DNA of 62,179 nucleotides, filler included, from Globobulimina sp. (Eukaryota): NCBI GenBank assembly GCA_003354225.1. It is 17 parts of 17 records of this genome, joined end to end, with 100 filler letters (N's around TTAATTAATTAA, not from the genome) between each part and the next. Parts side by side here need not be neighbours in the genome. Positions count along the whole stretch, not along the records: positions 58,619 to 62,179 come from PIVH01002508.1; 16 more parts are not named here. One strand, 5' to 3'. Shown piece by piece: positions 60,823 to 62,179 of this stretch (position 1 is its first letter; each line of letters starts with the position of its first letter). The notes under the pieces were generated by a model. It saw only the letters and a program-made list of their open reading frames with translations, ran no database searches and was not told where the DNA came from. The position numbers and the translations under genes were made by a program.

Positions 60823-61707
60823 ATGCATATGGCAGATCCCGATGATTTTCTTCAAGCTTGTTTTGAATATTTGCATATAACAGTTCCATTCATATCTGGC
60901 ACACTTTTCAATACATCGATATTATTGGGAACAAACCGTTTTCATCAATTTTTTATTTTTGGCTGTATCTCAGCACAAATTGTTTCAACATCCATATGCA
61001 TCTTGATATATTACAAGGAATTACATTTTATTCACATTTGGTGGCTAATTATAGAATTTATCCGTCTTTGTATAAGTGCAATAGTAAGAGTTGATCGATT
61101 AATTTCAAGTGAAGCTACTATTTTTTTTATAAATAACATCCATAATTTATATAAAACCATTGCATTATTGAACATATTTGGTTTTATTTGGTCGTTTCCG
61201 ATCTGGATATTTTACGCGTTATCTTTATCAAATGATGAGGCATCAATTGTTTTCTTTGTAATTTCGTTAATATTTATTTCATTACATATTATATCATCAA
61301 TCCCATCCATCTCAAAAATATCGCAACTCACCGCAATACACACAACATCTACATCGACCTACACAGATGATCAACAATTTGGAGATAGATTTCTGGCATC
61401 TTCTATTGAGCCCGATATAAGCAGTCCAAATAAGAGTGTGTCACCACACAAATTATTATTTACGACGGACACTAATAATAATAAGAAGATTGTTGAGGAT
61501 GATGATCCCATATTATATACAGCGCCAATGCCATTAAATAATAATAGCAATATCTCATCCATGCATCAACTGATTGAAAAAGAAAAAATGCAAAAAAATA
61601 ACCAATCTCAAATTGGCAACAATGATATTAATGATGATATTGAAGACACAGAAGAAGTGGATACAAATTTCGATGTCGATTCGGAAAAAGAAATTGACGG
61701 TATTTGA
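60823..61707 (+). CDS. Hypothetical multi-TM protein with acidic tail
   Basis: 294 aa; about five hydrophobic segments, then an S/N/D/E-rich tail. Confidence 0.6.
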   Translation: MHMADPDDFLQACFEYLHITVPFISGTLFNTSILLGTNRFHQFFIFGCISAQIVSTSICILIYYKELHFIHIWWLIIEFIRLCISAIVRVDRLISSEATIFFINNIHNLYKTIALLNIFGFIWSFPIWIFYALSLSNDEASIVFFVISLIFISLHIISSIPSISKISQLTAIHTTSTSTYTDDQQFGDRFLASSIEPDISSPNKSVSPHKLLFTTDTNNNKKIVEDDDPILYTAPMPLNNNSNISSMHQLIEKEKMQKNNQSQIGNNDINDDIEDTEEVDTNFDVDSEKEIDGI

Positions 61708-62179
61708 TGCCTACAAATTAATTACATTAAAAACACAAAACCTATGCATATATGCAGTGTTGTCTGATTATTTAAGTATTTTTTCACTAAAAGTCCTTGT
61801 TATGAATCATGTGTATATGTTTTGTCTAATAAATATACACATGATTCATAGTCTAGTTATTCTTGTGGCGAGCTAATCTTAATCGGCCGTTTCGCAGTAT
61901 TTCATGCAATATGACAAAAGTGACTATTTTTCTCTTAAGTCAGTGACATTTTTGCCGTGGATTGAATAGATTCAAGACATTATGTCATAGAATGCTGTCG
62001 AAACAGGCTAATGCCGTTTCTATTGTAGCACTTTGAAAACCACATAGTTTGCAATATCCTCGCACAGAGAAACTGTTATTATTTTTCAATATTTACCTAG
62101 AAAAAATAAAAATAATTGATTGAAAAAATAAAAACGATAAAAAAACTAACTACAAACAATCGGTCACAGTAACGAAAGA

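Overview
This is not one locus. It is 17 unrelated short contigs of 3566-3561 bp, ordered by decreasing length and joined by artificial 100-bp linkers (N44-TTAATTAATTAA-N44), so gene neighbourhood only has meaning inside a contig. Most contigs look like a compact AT-rich protist genome with 50-80 nt GT-AG introns. The gene families (ART-like FYCG/PTSTS/EEDE proteins, 7TM-RGS, IPxD[IV] motif proteins, XK-like multi-TM proteins) suggest a foraminiferan; this is inference from recalled families, not a search result. Recognisable genes: PPR, PhoD, INO1, PLAA/DOA1 PUL fragment, SWIM-RING, CLC CBS fragment, FAM173-like methyltransferase, RCC1, class-3 lipase, MATH, MFSD5-like, UBC4/5, an Atg22-like fragment missing from the ORF track, a CPA2 antiporter, PAP2, 7TM-RGS, multi-RRM, RasGEF and TM-ankyrin. 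Mobile elements: a Penelope-like RT+GIY-YIG element, a truncated CRE-like non-LTR element with a PHD finger, an RNase H relic and a MITE. Best leads: (1) an intact, intron-containing Polinton/Maverick-type major capsid gene with no viral neighbours and a phased palindrome array, on a contig that looks metazoan; (2) INO1 with no start codon of its own, spliced in-frame to an unknown ~260-aa N-terminal region; (3) a NapA-type antiporter fused to an ACT-like domain; (4) an R-S-E ADP-ribosyltransferase-like family with Arg-to-Cys; (5) a GPI-anchored tandem expansin-like protein; (6) a 167-nt rod hairpin just downstream of a TATA box.
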